A model generated the notes under the pieces. It worked only from the letters and a program-made list of their open reading frames with translations. It searched no databases and was not told the origin of the DNA. From contig NC_134032.1 in assembly GCF_964204645.1 (NCBI RefSeq), positions 9,598,275 through 9,662,274 on the forward strand: 64,000 nt of DNA, given 5' to 3'. Shown in pieces: positions 37,901 through 50,895 of the stretch. Source of the DNA: Tubulanus polymorphus (taxonomy: Eukaryota > Animalia > Nemertea). The translations under genes and the position numbers were made by a program. The first letter of the stretch is position 1. The number at the start of each line of letters is the position of its first letter.

Positions 37901-38251
37901 TACAACTGTAATTAATCATTCAACCCTCTTGAAATAGATTGATGTATCATTATGTTTTATCAAGGCCGAGTCATTCAGCAAAAGTTAATTGGAAATTGTT
38001 AGATTGGCTATAGAATCAAATGAGCTTAGGCCGGTGTTAAATCTATGCAGTCGGCCTCAGGTCATGGTTTCACATGGCCTTAATACATTTCCTTGCGTAT
38101 TTTAGGTGTAGCGGTTGCGCCGTCGGTGAGAATATTGACGCGATCTTGCGAGGACAAACACAAATATTGCGTTTACTGGGCGAAAGCGGGCTACTGCAAA
38201 ACGAACACGTACACTAAAAACAACTGCTGGAAATCATGCGGAACTTGTTAA
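34995..38251 (+). CDS. Astacin-ShKT copy B (297 aa, chimeric); join(34995-35060,35409-35442,35579-35643,35733-35802,36125-36251,36979-37157,37593-37686,37795-37907,38106-38251)
   Basis: All introns GT-AG with consistent phases, 894-nt CDS. HExxHxxGxxHE, SIMHY, and ShKT CEDKHKYCVYWAKAGYCKTNTYTKNNCWKSCGTC. Confidence 0.9.
36577..36915. mobile_element. Palindromic MITE with 9-bp TSD (Mutator-like) in astacin B intron 5
   Basis: CATCCTCC...GGAGAGGATG termini, arms complementary over ~90 bp, CATTGCTTC at 36568-36576 and 36916-36924; absent from the equivalent intron of copy A. Confidence 0.8.
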
Positions 38252-40266
38252 TCAAAATCTAATTGTTAAAACTTGACGATGAACTCATGGAATAAAACAA
38301 ATCATTGTTATCTAAATTTCAAGAGTTGCTTTTGTTTCATGTTTGGATTGACGATTCCTATGCAGTGCATTTTTAGCATACCTTTCTGATCGTATGGTGA
38401 ACTTCCCTTGAGATATTTCTAACTTAAAATGGACTGACTACAAATATTATGTGTTTCATCGACACATTTAAAACCTTAATCATTTTTAGAATAGTCGTAG
38501 GAATTTGGTCAGGACACTTTCAGATTCATCGTCCACATATTCAGTGTTAAGGAGTTCACGTGAATTACTTTTCAAAACAGCTGTGAGACATCTGCCAAAT
38601 TTAGTCGGGAACCGGTGCAAATGCGTGGACAAGAGTGACTTGGGCATTGATACATGACAGGAAGAGACAGATGAGGGATAACGAGGGTTTTAATTGAATA
38701 TCGAAAATGTGTCGTCGAAATAAGGTGGAGTCATTTGCAGCTGTGTTTTAGACGTCAATACACGTGCGTGGCGTTCAGGGCCCAATTTCATGAAACAAGT
38801 TTAACTCAAATCTTTGGTGTAATTGCTGGTTTTGTGAAACTGGGTCCTGCTCTTCCTGTGTGACAAGGGTAGTTGTTTCTCTGGCCGAATGAAGATTTTT
38901 CTCGCATTTTTGTTGATTTCAAGAAAGCCTTTGACTCGATATTTTGCAGGTTAACTCTATAGAATCACATGATATGTAGTAGCATTACTGGGAATTTTTA
39001 GAAATGTAGTTACAATTAATATTTTGTAAAATAACAGTTTTTTAGAAATATAGTTGAAATATCTGTATCAAATATCCGTGTCAAATTATGCGTTAGATAT
39101 GTTGGTAACTCGTCGCAACACTTTGCAACTGATAGGACAAGGTGAAAATCTATTACATATTCTTGTAATACTTATAATCTTGAAGACGATGTTGACAACT
39201 TTTTTCTTACTCGCGGTAAACCAATTTTCGAACCCTGTATTGAAAGTCAATCAAAGTTTGTAAAGCCCGGCGCTCAGGGGCGACGTTTTCAAGCGAGTCC
39301 CAAGCAACACCAGAATTTGCTTGGTGTCGAACGAACATGTCATGATATAGAAGGTTTGTGGAGACCAAGTTTTCAAGCATTACCGTCGTCTCTTAACCCA
39401 CACTGTATGGAGGTATTTTCACAACGCGCAGCTAGAGACGTATATATATTCTGATGAAGGCAACTTAAATGCTCTTAAACGAAAATCGAAATACGCATAG
39501 CTGGTACCAATTCATGTTAGTAAATTGTACAAAATTCAATATTCAACTCCTGGTGGTCGAACAAAACAAGATGTGTCCTACAACAGCTAACACTAATCTA
39601 GAAATGAAGTCAAATCTAGTATCTAGAAACGAAGATGGATGAGACTAAGCTGGCCCAGATTGAGTGAAGATGAATTATGAAAATCTGATATAAGATCCTT
39701 TCCCAGAAAAAAACCCATCACGAAGTTCACTGAAAATGGCAAACCATTTAGAAGCGCTACATGATGCTTTGGAATACCGACCAAAAATAACATTTTGGCT
39801 ACTAAATTTGGCTACTGTATGACCATGTCCGGTCGATCCAATTGTTCTTATCAAAAACTTTGCCTGTTAAAATTTACTGCATTCCATTGTTTTTTTTTAT
39901 CTATGCTAGACATTATGCTTTCCGAAATAAACATGAACTTGAAATTGAGGGGCACGAGAGATACGGGAATAGACGAAATTCGAAAATGTATAATTAACCT
40001 TGAATTTCATGATTTTGATCAACAATTCCTCTCGCATACCTTAGTGTACAAGGTAAGGGACCGCTCTTCGAAATTTGATCGGTGGTTTCACTCTGTCGCA
40101 CTGTTTGGAACGTGTCTAATCTATTCTACTTCCGGGCGAACATGACTCGGTTCACGCGTCCGCTCACGTCCGCGCTGCTCTCTGCGATCTATATAAACCT
40201 ACCGTACTGGTCTTTCATCACTCGAACTGTAGCGGTTTGGTAAAGAACGCGTCGACAGCAGCGAAA

Positions 40267-43200
40267 ATGACATCGACAATTTCAACCGTCCTGACACTTC
40301 TAGCGGCCGCCATAGCCCTGGTCAATGCACAGGTATAGTCTACAATATCAAAGATAATGTTTCTCATTTCCTTCAGTTTCTCCTTTACGTACAGCATTCA
40401 ATTAGCTCTGAAGTTAAAACGACGGAATCCGAAAGAATGTTATAATACAACATAGTTTAACTAAATGTGGTAAATTCGACTGAAATAAAACTGGTTTAAT
40501 ACTTTAGGAACAAGAGTCTGGTTTTTATCATCAAGTTATTGCTAATACGGGTATTCTTTTGAGTTGAGATTTCTTAAACTTACCTCAGTGATATACTAAA
40601 CAATCTCAATAATGCCACTGAATAATGGATAAAAAGTTGTTTTTTTTTTCATTCAACTGATTTCGTTAAATTTCTTTTAGCAATTGAGTCCGGCCGAATT
40701 CAGACGTTATATGGGTGAGACTGCTTTTCTTTAATGCAAATGAACAAACACCATCAATTTCCTCCCATATTCCATATGTAATGAATTAGATATTCAATCC
40801 TATCCTTTTTATGTAGCTCGTGATATACACATGTTACGACATTCTTTCAGAGGAAAATCCGGAAGAATTTTCGGGCGAATTCGAAGGCGATATCATCGTA
40901 GACAGCGCATCATCGGTAAGATATCAATGCCACCGATTTTTTCCGCAGTAATATTTGCACGGATGTAATTTAAAATTCATAATTTTGGTTCGTTTATGTT
41001 TTAGTTCAGGAATGCGATTGTCGGAGCTCGAAAGTGGACTAACGGAATCGTCCCTTACGACATCAGTTCAATGTGTACGTACATATACTACTTTTGTCAT
41101 TTTAACTTACAAATCAAAATCAAGACGCTTCAAAAACATCCGGTTAGACATTCATAGAAGTGGTCAGTCTGGGCGATCCCTTTTCGAAGGGTGCCGACTA
41201 AATGCCGATAATGTCTGCAGTTCATTTTGGATAATGTATGCCTCGGGTATAGTTCTGAACGGACGATCAAAAATTGTAATGGAAGAATATCGAAGTTCTG
41301 AGGGATGCAGGTTCAGGCAGACTTTGAAATCCTGCTGTCAAACACAATTTAGTTCATGAAATGAAGAAAAAGCTGTTATAAATTGTTTTCTTCAGCTGCA
41401 AACGCGCAACAGCGAATCCGTACTGCTTTAAATGCTTTTGAAAACGCGATTGGACCCGATTGCATTCAATTCGTGGAGAGGACTAATCAACGAAATTACA
41501 TCAGGGTTTACAACGGTGCTGGGTAAGTCGTCACCGTGTCAGTATTAGAGTCGCCCCGTGCTGGGTTATAAAGTTACCTTGTGTTTGGTCGAGATATCCT
41601 GTGCCAAGTTGAGTAGGCCCATTTCACAGATATTTCTAGTTCTTTGCGAACCAGTGGTCTGTTATTCCTCTGACAGTGACATAATTCTACTCTTTACTTC
41701 ACCCCTCGACCCCCTTAATCCCGCCATTCGGAACAGTGTTAGCGATGTACTCAAGTCTCTATATATGGGAGCAGAGAATGATTAAATCGATAAGACATTT
41801 GCATATGTAAATTAGCCTTTGCGAGTTGACATTCACCACATTGCTTCCATCCTCCCTCTGCAGGGACTCGAACCTGATGGCATCGCTACACTCAGCCACG
41901 GCACGAACCCCTGCATCAGTAGACCGGGTGCGCAGGTACATGCGCAGCTTTCCGAACGAAAACTGGCGGCACCAATCAGATTGCTCGTTGTACAATCGTT
42001 GAGGCAAATTTCAAGGAAGAACTATAAATGGGAAAACCCGGGCTAAAATAAAACGGGATTTCTGATTGGCTAAAAATCACATCATCTGAACTGCGCATGT
42101 ATCTGCGCACGCGGTCGATTATGGCAGGGTCTCGTGCCGTGGCAATCTCGATGCCATCAGGTTCGAATCGCTGCCGGGGGAGGATGCATTGCTTCAGAAG
42201 TAGGTTCGAGTCCTATTTGCGATTTTCAAAAATGGCAAAATCATTTCAGTTGTTCGTCGCGAATCGGAATGTCTGGCGGAAGACAGCCATTGTCACTGCA
42301 AGAGAACGGTTGTCTGAGAACCGGTACAATCCAACACGAGTTCATGCACGCGCTCGGGTTTACGCACGAACAATGCCGCAGCGACCGAAACCGTCACATC
42401 ACCATCAACTACCAAAACATCAAGAAAGGTACATCTTAAAAAGCTGTTGACATATCAGTTACTTTTGGCTACCTCTTGACTTCAACGAAGATTCAGTAAA
42501 ATGGGGTACCCGCAAAACCAGCTATCCCGCCAGAGGTCTTGACGAGCAGTAGGTCTCCGTTGTCAAAATCATTTCATTTTCATTGAGCTTTGAACTCGAT
42601 TTCTAGACTCCCCAATCCATATATTATCACATCCCCCCAAATATACAGTACTCTCATTCTTCTACTCGGATATCGGCAAAGTTTTCACAAATAATTGATT
42701 CATTTAAGAGAAAAGTTCATTATCTATAATCAAACCTGGCGGATCCTCGCCTGCCATAAGTGGAATCCTCGATTGCCACAGTAGCAATGCGGGTACCCCA
42801 TTGAATAAGTTTGTCCTTCTAATGGAGACCATCGACGGTTTTATTGGATGAAATTGTATGTCTTTTTTTCAGGAAAATCAGGAAATTTTGTGAGAAGAAA
42901 CACCAATAATTTGCAATCTGATTATAACTATGCATCCATTATGCACTATGGGCGCTATGCGTTCAGGTAGGTTCTTAATTCGAGTACCAAGAAGTTGGGC
43001 GTTTTTATATTTTATATAAGTTGAGACCGATGGATTTTAAGATGTGTAGTCAAGGAAAAGTCTTATAATTGTTATTCTTTGTATAACTGTAGCAAAAACG
43101 GACGTCCTACTATTGTACCAAACGACCCGAACGCACGAATTGGTCTGAGAATTGGAGTGAGCCGTAACGACCTTGACACTCAACGGATCAGACGTTTCTA

Positions 43201-44663
43201 CAACTGTAATTAATCAATGAACCCCTCTTAAAATTTATAAACGTATCACTAGTTAATCCAGGAAGAAAGACACTCTAAATATTTGGATGGATATATGAAA
43301 GCTGTGGGTACTGGAGTGTGTAATGGGTAGTGTAGTGTGATCTGTGTGCATTTGTGGCCAGCACACAGATCACATTGTTCAAATTGGGGTTTGGTCCAGG
43401 ACTCGCGAGATTTTCAACAACACGGAAGTAACGTGTAATAAATGATGACTTGAATTGCATGACTACCTACCACCCCTCATTATTGTTGGAAAACTAAACG
43501 TTCGGCACTGACTAAAAATTAGTAATAACATTTTAGAAATGGCCAGAATTTTAACTTAGGTTCTATCTCATTTTTATTTTACAATTGCGATTGGTATAAA
43601 AATTTTTTAAACGGCCGTTAAGGCTTCATGTTTCGTCTGCAATTCACTGCAAATAGTTACGCAACTACGCACATTTCAGTGTTTTTGGCAGCTGTACACT
43701 CAATCGGCACTGTTCGTGACTAGCTTCACTGCGGAATTATCATTAAATAACATCGCCATATCACATCATCAACTTATATTGTGCCTTAAAACCCTAACAG
43801 CCGAAATAATTGAAATGCACACACGATTTCTATCATTGAAAATTGAGAGAGTGGCCATGTTTGTGTTTGCTGCTTCGCGTAAATCCCGCGCGGTGGCGCA
43901 TCCGCGCGGAGTGGGGCCGATACGTCTAGTTAATCAGTTGTAATTGGTTTAATAAATCTTAAGATCGTTGATCGAAATCATGGTCTTGCTTATAAGGCCC
44001 ACACGGCAAGAACGAGAAGTTCAGATAAAAGTGATCGGGCAGTGTTACGTAGAATGGCTTAACAGAGTCAATCAAAATTAGCTCAGATTGATTTTTGGTT
44101 CGAAGAATGAGAACCTAAGCTATCGTCAAGTTGCAGTCATGAAGTCACGTGACAGGATCGGAAGATTTTTTTTCAGATTGCGTGATACGCCTCAATGAAA
44201 TTATAGGTCCACATACGTAATTCGCTTGTCTTACGAATATTATAATTATCATGATAGATATATTCAAATACTCTGAATAATATCATTTTCTAAAATCATG
44301 CGCAATGAATGCCGATTTAGCGGTTGGTTAAAACAGGGAAGTGTGATTTGTACATCAGACTTTGCTTCTTCGAACCCCATGACTTTGAAGTCCTCTTGTA
44401 GATCTAAGCATTCATAGGCTTCACGACACGGTTTAGCAGTTCTTGATAAAAACTTCAATGAGGCTAAAACATTGAGAAAAGAATTGAATTTGAACTCGAC
44501 CGAAACGTAATTCATATTTCTTCGTGCATTTTCAGGCGGAGAGGGTTCGTCTTCGCGCTGTGTGGATGAGGGCGCGTCTTGTAGCGCATGGAAGAAAGAG
44601 GGCTACTGTAAAACGAACAAGTTCACTCGAGAGAACTGCAAGAAAACGTGTGGAACTTGTTAA
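40267..44663 (+). CDS. Astacin-ShKT copy C (apparently intact)
   Basis: 5' exons near-identical to B; divergent 3' exons (GKSGNFVRRNTNNLQSDYNYASIMHY); ShKT exon from ~44536 encodes CVDEGASCSAWKKEGYCKTNKFTRENCKKTCGTC. Confidence 0.88.
41848..42186. mobile_element. Duplicated copy of the 9-bp-TSD MITE in astacin C intron 5
   Basis: Same TIRs and CATTGCTTC TSD as 36577-36915. Confidence 0.8.
42500..42802. mobile_element. MITE in astacin C intron 6
   Basis: AATGGGGTACCCGCA ... TGCGGGTACCCCATT TIRs; internal ACCTGGCGGATCCTCGCCTGCC shared with an element at ~52790-53210. Confidence 0.7.
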
Positions 44664-44865
44664 ATGACATTTTGTTTAATCATGGCGAGCTTAAACTTAT
44701 GAAATAAAGAAAATGATAGATATTTCAATTTCTAGTTTTTCATCAGCTGCTGGTGTTATTTGACTCGGTCGAATCATCAATTCTAGAATGCAGGTACCAG
44801 AACACTTTCACAAACCTGGTCACATGTCAACTTCATCTGAGACATAGTATGTCATTTCAAAATAG

Positions 44866-45146
44866 CAGGGCCGTCGAAACGGGGGTGGTAGGGGCGGCCA
44901 CAGCCGTCCCACTTTTTTGCTGAACTAGAAATATTTTTTTCATGTTCTTTCCTCTCATAATAAATATCAAGATTTCCATAGCCAGATTCACTCAGAATCA
45001 ATCTCAGAGCTTGGGAAAATCGAACAGAATTTGGGGGAGGACCCCTAGACCTTTTGGAAATACAGATGCGCGGCAATCACTTACTAAATCAGACCACCAA
45101 TATAAACAATAGCCGCCCCACTGAAATTTTCCTTCCGACGGCCCTG
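44866..45146. mobile_element. MITE with CAG...CTG termini and 5-bp TSD (AATAG), same family as 24865-25131
   Basis: CAGGGCCGTCGAAA / TTCCGACGGCCCTG TIRs; AATAG at 44861-44865 and 45147-45151. Confidence 0.78.
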
Positions 45147-47306
45147 AATAGAAATGAACTGTTTAACACCGCAGGAGAAAGAGATGCGAGGGAATTTCAT
45201 TGCAGCAATGGGATTTCGTTACAGCAAAGCTTTATTGTTTGAGTCATAACATGTCTTTTATAAAACGAAAGATCCGAATTCACAGCATGGTGTAAAATAT
45301 TTGGCCGCGCTAGTATTATCGTCCGTCTCTGCTCACGGTGGTGATTGGATAGATGGCAGCAGGGGCGTTTCGGACAAATCAATTCAATACGGGTTTTTTT
45401 TTCCAAGTAGCAGAATCATTACTGCAGAAAACCCGTATGTAACTCCGTATATTTCTTTTCTTTTGGGATGGATACGTATCATTGACATAGTTTTGAAAGG
45501 ATAGCACGCCTAGAAGTAATAAATTTGTATCGCCAGGGGTCGGTGCTTGAGATTATCTCTGAATACAAATAATTCGATGAGTAAACTTCAAACAGATTGT
45601 CTCAAAAAGGTTGTTCAACTGTGGATAGAATTTTCTCTTTAAGCATTTAGTTTCTTACGTATTCTTTGTCAGCATCTTCCTTGTTGTGCATCTTCTTAGA
45701 TCATGAAAAGGCTTTTGATTCATGCATAAGTCTATACTTTGGAAAATAGCTCCATGGCATTCCAAGAAGAATTTCAACTATTATCAAAAATATACATTCA
45801 TTTATCAAGTCATGCGTTATGGTGCATTAAACTGTCAGACATTTCATTCATCTGTTGGTAAGCGTCAGGGAGAGAATTTATGACTATAAGTAATTTTCTT
45901 TATAACATTAGGATATGGAACGTTCCTTCTCTAAAAAGGATGGCGCAACACGATCTCAATATTTTGAATCTTATTGTATGAAAACCAAAAAAGCCATCAG
46001 CTAACACCGACAAGGCAAACGTTGTAGTATTTGCTAGATCCTCAGTGGGAACGGGATTTTAAGTATGTACTGATGGGAAGTATTTCTGAAAAATATATGT
46101 CGTAATTGGTCAACATATGTTCATTCTTATAACCATTATCTCCTTACATCATTTGTCTTTGAAAAAAAAAGTCATTGAAAAGAACCTCGTGTATTCACGT
46201 AGATTCCCTTAGAGATGATTTAAAGCGCCATAAGCTACAATTCACGATTGGAAATTAGAGACTTGCTGTAAATGGTTTTAACAATTCGAATTTCGACGAG
46301 AGGTGTTGAATTCGCTCAGAAAGTAAGAGCTAGGAAAAAAAGCCGAGAATGGGGTGATAGGCTAGAGGAGAAAAGACTGAGAGGCACAAGAGAGAAGAAA
46401 GAAAACTGAGGCGTATTTTTCCATAAAAAATTCTTTCCGCCAAATCTTACAAGCATCTGAATGTAATCATGGAATTTGTATATTAAGCTATAGATTATAG
46501 TCAAGTTCCAGTTCAAGATCAAGTTCTAGTTATAGTTTATTCATCATAATCAAGTGACATGGTCGTCAATGAACAACGAATCAGTAGAGAAAGAAAACAA
46601 TATGTACACATGTAAACTACCAGAATTACAAAAATATTTACAGGAAAAAGTGCACGATGATCACACATGTGCTTTTGGGCTGTACCGAATTAGGCTCCGG
46701 CCAATCGTTCACACGTGTACCAAACGGGCCTGTGCCCGGCCAAAAGCGTCTGACCAGGTCCGAGACAAATCTTAGCACAGGTCAAACTATTGCATCTATT
46801 CCGGAAATGGGTCACTTCGCTTTATCACAGCAATGAGTGAATGGTTTACTGGTGAATGCGCTTCATTATTATTATTTATTTATTTATTGCTCCATATACA
46901 TTACATACAGTGAGCACAGATAATGCTCGTTACAAAATTGGCGATTAATCAGCGACCGAATGTCGAAAAAACAATACAACAACTGAGTTACATAAACAGT
47001 ACAACAACTGAGCTACATATTTCACAGTATGATCAGGCACGGGACAAATCCGTGTCAAATCGTCTCCGCGTGACCGCGGCTTACGCGTCGATGACGTAAT
47101 AATACAGTTTAGGTTCGCAGGTGCAGCTTGTTTTATTTCTAATCTATTCGTCCGGTCAAACGAATGTTTCAGTTCACATGGCGTATCGCTACATAGCAGC
47201 CGGGAAGCTCGCGGAAGTCACGTCCGAACTGCTATCCGTACGGTCTATATAAACCTACCTTACTTTTACCGGTCACATGTCGGCAGCTTAGTCAACAGCA
47301 ACAGAA

Positions 47307-50203
47307 ATGACAATTTCAACAGTCCTGACACTTCTGGCGGCCGCCATAGCCATGGCTAATGCGCAGGTAAAGGCTTAAATTTCAACCTTCAAATTCTAAT
47401 TAAGTTAAAACAACAGCAAAAAGAATGAATAATACATGAATATTCTTTACTTTAGCCTAAAATCCTACTGCAAGAATGATATCATAGTCTTAATGACTGG
47501 GGGTGGTAAAACGCTTTGAAAACGACTAATCTTGAAAGACTTGACTACCCGAAAATACTCAAATAATCTCAATAATGCATCTTAAGTGAATAACGAATGA
47601 AAATAGTTCATTGAATCAATCTATCTAATTTCTTTTAGCAATTGAGTCCGGCCGAATTTCAAAGTTATAAGGGTAAGACGATTCTTCATTTGTAAATTAA
47701 ATGACCGAGTTTTCAACTTCTTTCATGGCATACTTAAGATGGGTTGAATTTAACCATCAGGTCTATCTTTTTGAAGTAGATCAGTATCCATCTTCTTTAA
47801 TCTCTAATGTATATTTTTCAGAGTCGAATCCGGAGGAATTCTCGGGCGCATTCGAAGGCGATATCGTCATAGACAGCGCACCTGCGGTAAGAAATAATGC
47901 CACAGATTTGATTCCTGGTTCAGCTGCGAGGGTTTAATTCAAAACTCTTAATATCAATACGTTCATTTCATAGTTCAGAAATGCGCTTGTCGGAAGTAAA
48001 AGATGGACTGACGGAATCGACCCTTACGACGTCAGCAAAATGTGTACGTACTAAAACTAGTTTCTACTTTCGTCATTGAACTTGAAAATTAAGAATAGAC
48101 CCATCAACTGGAAATACGCCCTGACACATTCGCCATAGTACTAAGAAGTGTCTCGATCACTTTTTGGACGTGTGCAGATAAATCTTTGATATCTGGTGAT
48201 TGTGGTTCATTCTCAATTGAAAAAGTATCTCAGATTAGGTCTTGAAAGTGTGGATTGTCATCTAAAGTGTGCCGATTAAATAGTTACGTTAGTTTCAATT
48301 AAGAATGTCTCAAACAAAGTCTTAAGCGGTAGATCATCGATCTTCCGTGGGATGCGGGGTCCAGGTTACAACTTTAAAACCTCACCGTCGAACACAACAT
48401 AGTTGAAATAACCAAAGTTCTTTTGTATTTCATTTCTATCAGCTGCAAACGCGCAAAAGCGAATTCGTTCCGCTTTAAATGCTTTTCAGAGAGCGATTGG
48501 ACCCAATGCGTCCAATTCGTGGAGAGAACCAATGAAAAAAACTACATCGAAGTTCTTAGCGGATCTGGGTAAGTCGTCCCCGTGTCACTAGAGTATCATT
48601 TTGTTGGGTCTAGTGCCCTCTGCTGAACTGGGTAGAGCTATACTCCGGAGATACTTTATATCTCTTGAATCAGTGGTCCGATATCATGGCACAGGCAAGA
48701 CTCCTTATTTCATCCCTCAGACTCATTGAGCGCCACTATTAAGGATGAAATAATAAACAGGTTGGAGGTTCATGTTCCTCTGCTGAGTGGGCCTTGCTGG
48801 TTCGAGGTTCCCTTATCCTTAAATCGAAGCAGAGAAGCTAAGGAAACTCTACCGCTAGCGGACCTCGAACCCACAAATCTGAATCCTTTGGCCACCATGC
48901 CTAAGTCAACAAATATCTTACATATGTGAATCAAGCTGAATTGGAAGTTGGTTCGAGTCCAATATCTTGTCAGAATCATTTCAGTTGTACGTCGGTGGTC
49001 GAAATGACTGACAGAGGAAGGCAGAGAATATCTCTCTGAATGAGAGGGGTTGTCTGGGAACTGCAACACGAGTTCAATCACGTGCTCGGTTTTACTCACG
49101 AACAATGCCGCAAAGACCGAGACGATCACGTCACTATTAAATACGAAAACATCGCTAAAGGTAGGCCTACATTTTTCACAAGACACAAGTCGAAAATGTA
49201 TATTACATGTTATAAGGGGTTAGTAGGGGTCTGTTCAAAAATCCATGATTTAAACAATAGTGATGATTCACCAGGTCCTGGAAGTGGTTGTATCCATATC
49301 TCCGAAACGCTCTACGAATAGTGTAACCATTGGCGGTACATCAGATACACTGAGTGTCTCGCTGAAGGTGATGACCGAATTACCGATAACTTCAACGACG
49401 AATAGCTACTTTTTCGGGGTTTTCTCGAGCAGTTTCCTGTCGGCAGCTGGAAAAAGCTGGCTAGAAAACGCTCGTGAAACCAGCCTTAACGGTAGTTACC
49501 GATGATACGTAGCTGTCTCATTCTCGGTGACATCGACGAATCGGTAAATTGATCACTAACCAAAAGATGACTCTACCATATATTTTCAGCGAACGCGCCA
49601 AATTTCGCGAAGAAGAAGAAGACCTATAACCTGAAATCTGACTACAACTATGCATCCATTATGCACTATGGACGCTACGCATTCAGGTAGGCACTGAATT
49701 CGAGCACCAAGAATTCTTTACTCTGTAATGCCGAGATTTTCATTCAATTTTGCGTAATCTTTTTATCGTATCTGGAGCAAAAATGGAAATCCTGCTATCG
49801 TACCCAAAGACCCGAAGGCTCGAATAGGCGTGAGAGCCGGAGTCAAACGTGGCGACCCGGATGCTCAACGAATCCGACGTTTCTACAGATGTAATTAATA
49901 AGTCAACCCTGTTGAAATTGATTAGCACTAGTTCATCAGGGGTCGATTGCTCAAAAGTTACCAAACTCCTAAAGTGTTCTTTAGACACGATAAGCTCGGT
50001 CGATCAAAAGTTATCGTGCCTTTAAATAATTGACCAGTCAAAATATCCTCTTCTATACATACTTTTTTATTTTAGGCGAAGATCTGTAGTGTTCGTAATC
50101 TTGTGAGGAAAAGGACACGTCTTGCAAAAATGGAAGAAAGCTGGCTACGGCGAAACGAACAAGTTCAATTAAGAAAATGCAAGGAAACGTGTGGAATTAT
50201 TGA
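47307..50203 (+). pseudogene. Astacin-ShKT copy D, pseudogene
   Basis: Same exon layout and TATA, but a 1-bp deletion in exon 5 (CCCAATGCG vs CCCGATTGCG, ~48505), indels and TGA in exon 6 (~49037), and a ShKT exon with stops and lost cysteines. HEFNHVLGFTHE and SIMHY remain recognisable. Confidence 0.85.
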
Positions 50204-50805
50204 GTAAAATCTTGTTAAAACCTAACAATAAACGCATAGAATACATCTAAAAAGTCAACTATTTCAAGAGTTTTTTTTTTTGCTGGTTTGATTTGACTCC
50301 ACATGAAACGGCAGACTTTCAAAAACTGATGTGAATTTTACCCTGAGACTGTTCTATTGAAAATGCACTTCACTTCAGACACCAGACATAAAATCGACAA
50401 ACACTTTATCAGCACGCTTTCAAAAAGTGATCATCCATACTTAATATATCTGTGCAGCTCAGGCATTTTAATTGAAAAATGAATTACACCGCTAACACCA
50501 GATATTAGACATTCTATCAGCAAGCATACTATTGAAAAAGGGATCCTCGATATACGTCAACTGCATATGGCCCAACTGCTTTACTTAACAACTGTAAGAC
50601 ATCTAATGAGTTTAACCAGGCACACGGCGTTACAGGATATCGCCAAATTTTAAACTTCAGAATTTTCTCATTCAGTGCCGGAAATTGTAGCCTATGTCCA
50701 CCATTCTTCAGGTTATTTGCAATAACCTTCTTTTAGTAAGCGTAACTTCACTTACGGCCCTTTGAATCTGCCTCGCAATGCGCAAGATACGATAAAACAT
50801 CACAG

Positions 50806-50895
50806 GCTGAGGCTGAGGCTGAGGCTGAGGCTGAGGCTGAGGCTTAGGAGGCGGAGGCAGAAGCCGAGACAGAGGCAGAAGCAGAAGCAGAGGCA
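50806..50895 (+). repeat. (GAGGCT)n / Glu-Ala-coding repeat with one in-frame TAG
   Basis: GCT GAG repeats, TAG at 50845-50847, then GAG GCG GAG GCA GAA GCC GAG ACA GAG GCA GAA GCA. Confidence 0.8.

Larger units (their letters stand above)
31778..42420 (+). repeat. Near-identical 5.27-kb tandem segmental duplication (31778-37149 ~ 37052-42420)
   Basis: Introns and intergenic DNA match with only scattered SNPs and 1-bp indels; offsets 5271-5274; ORF pairs 33781/39054, 35683/40955 and 36548/41819 are near-identical. Confidence 0.95.
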
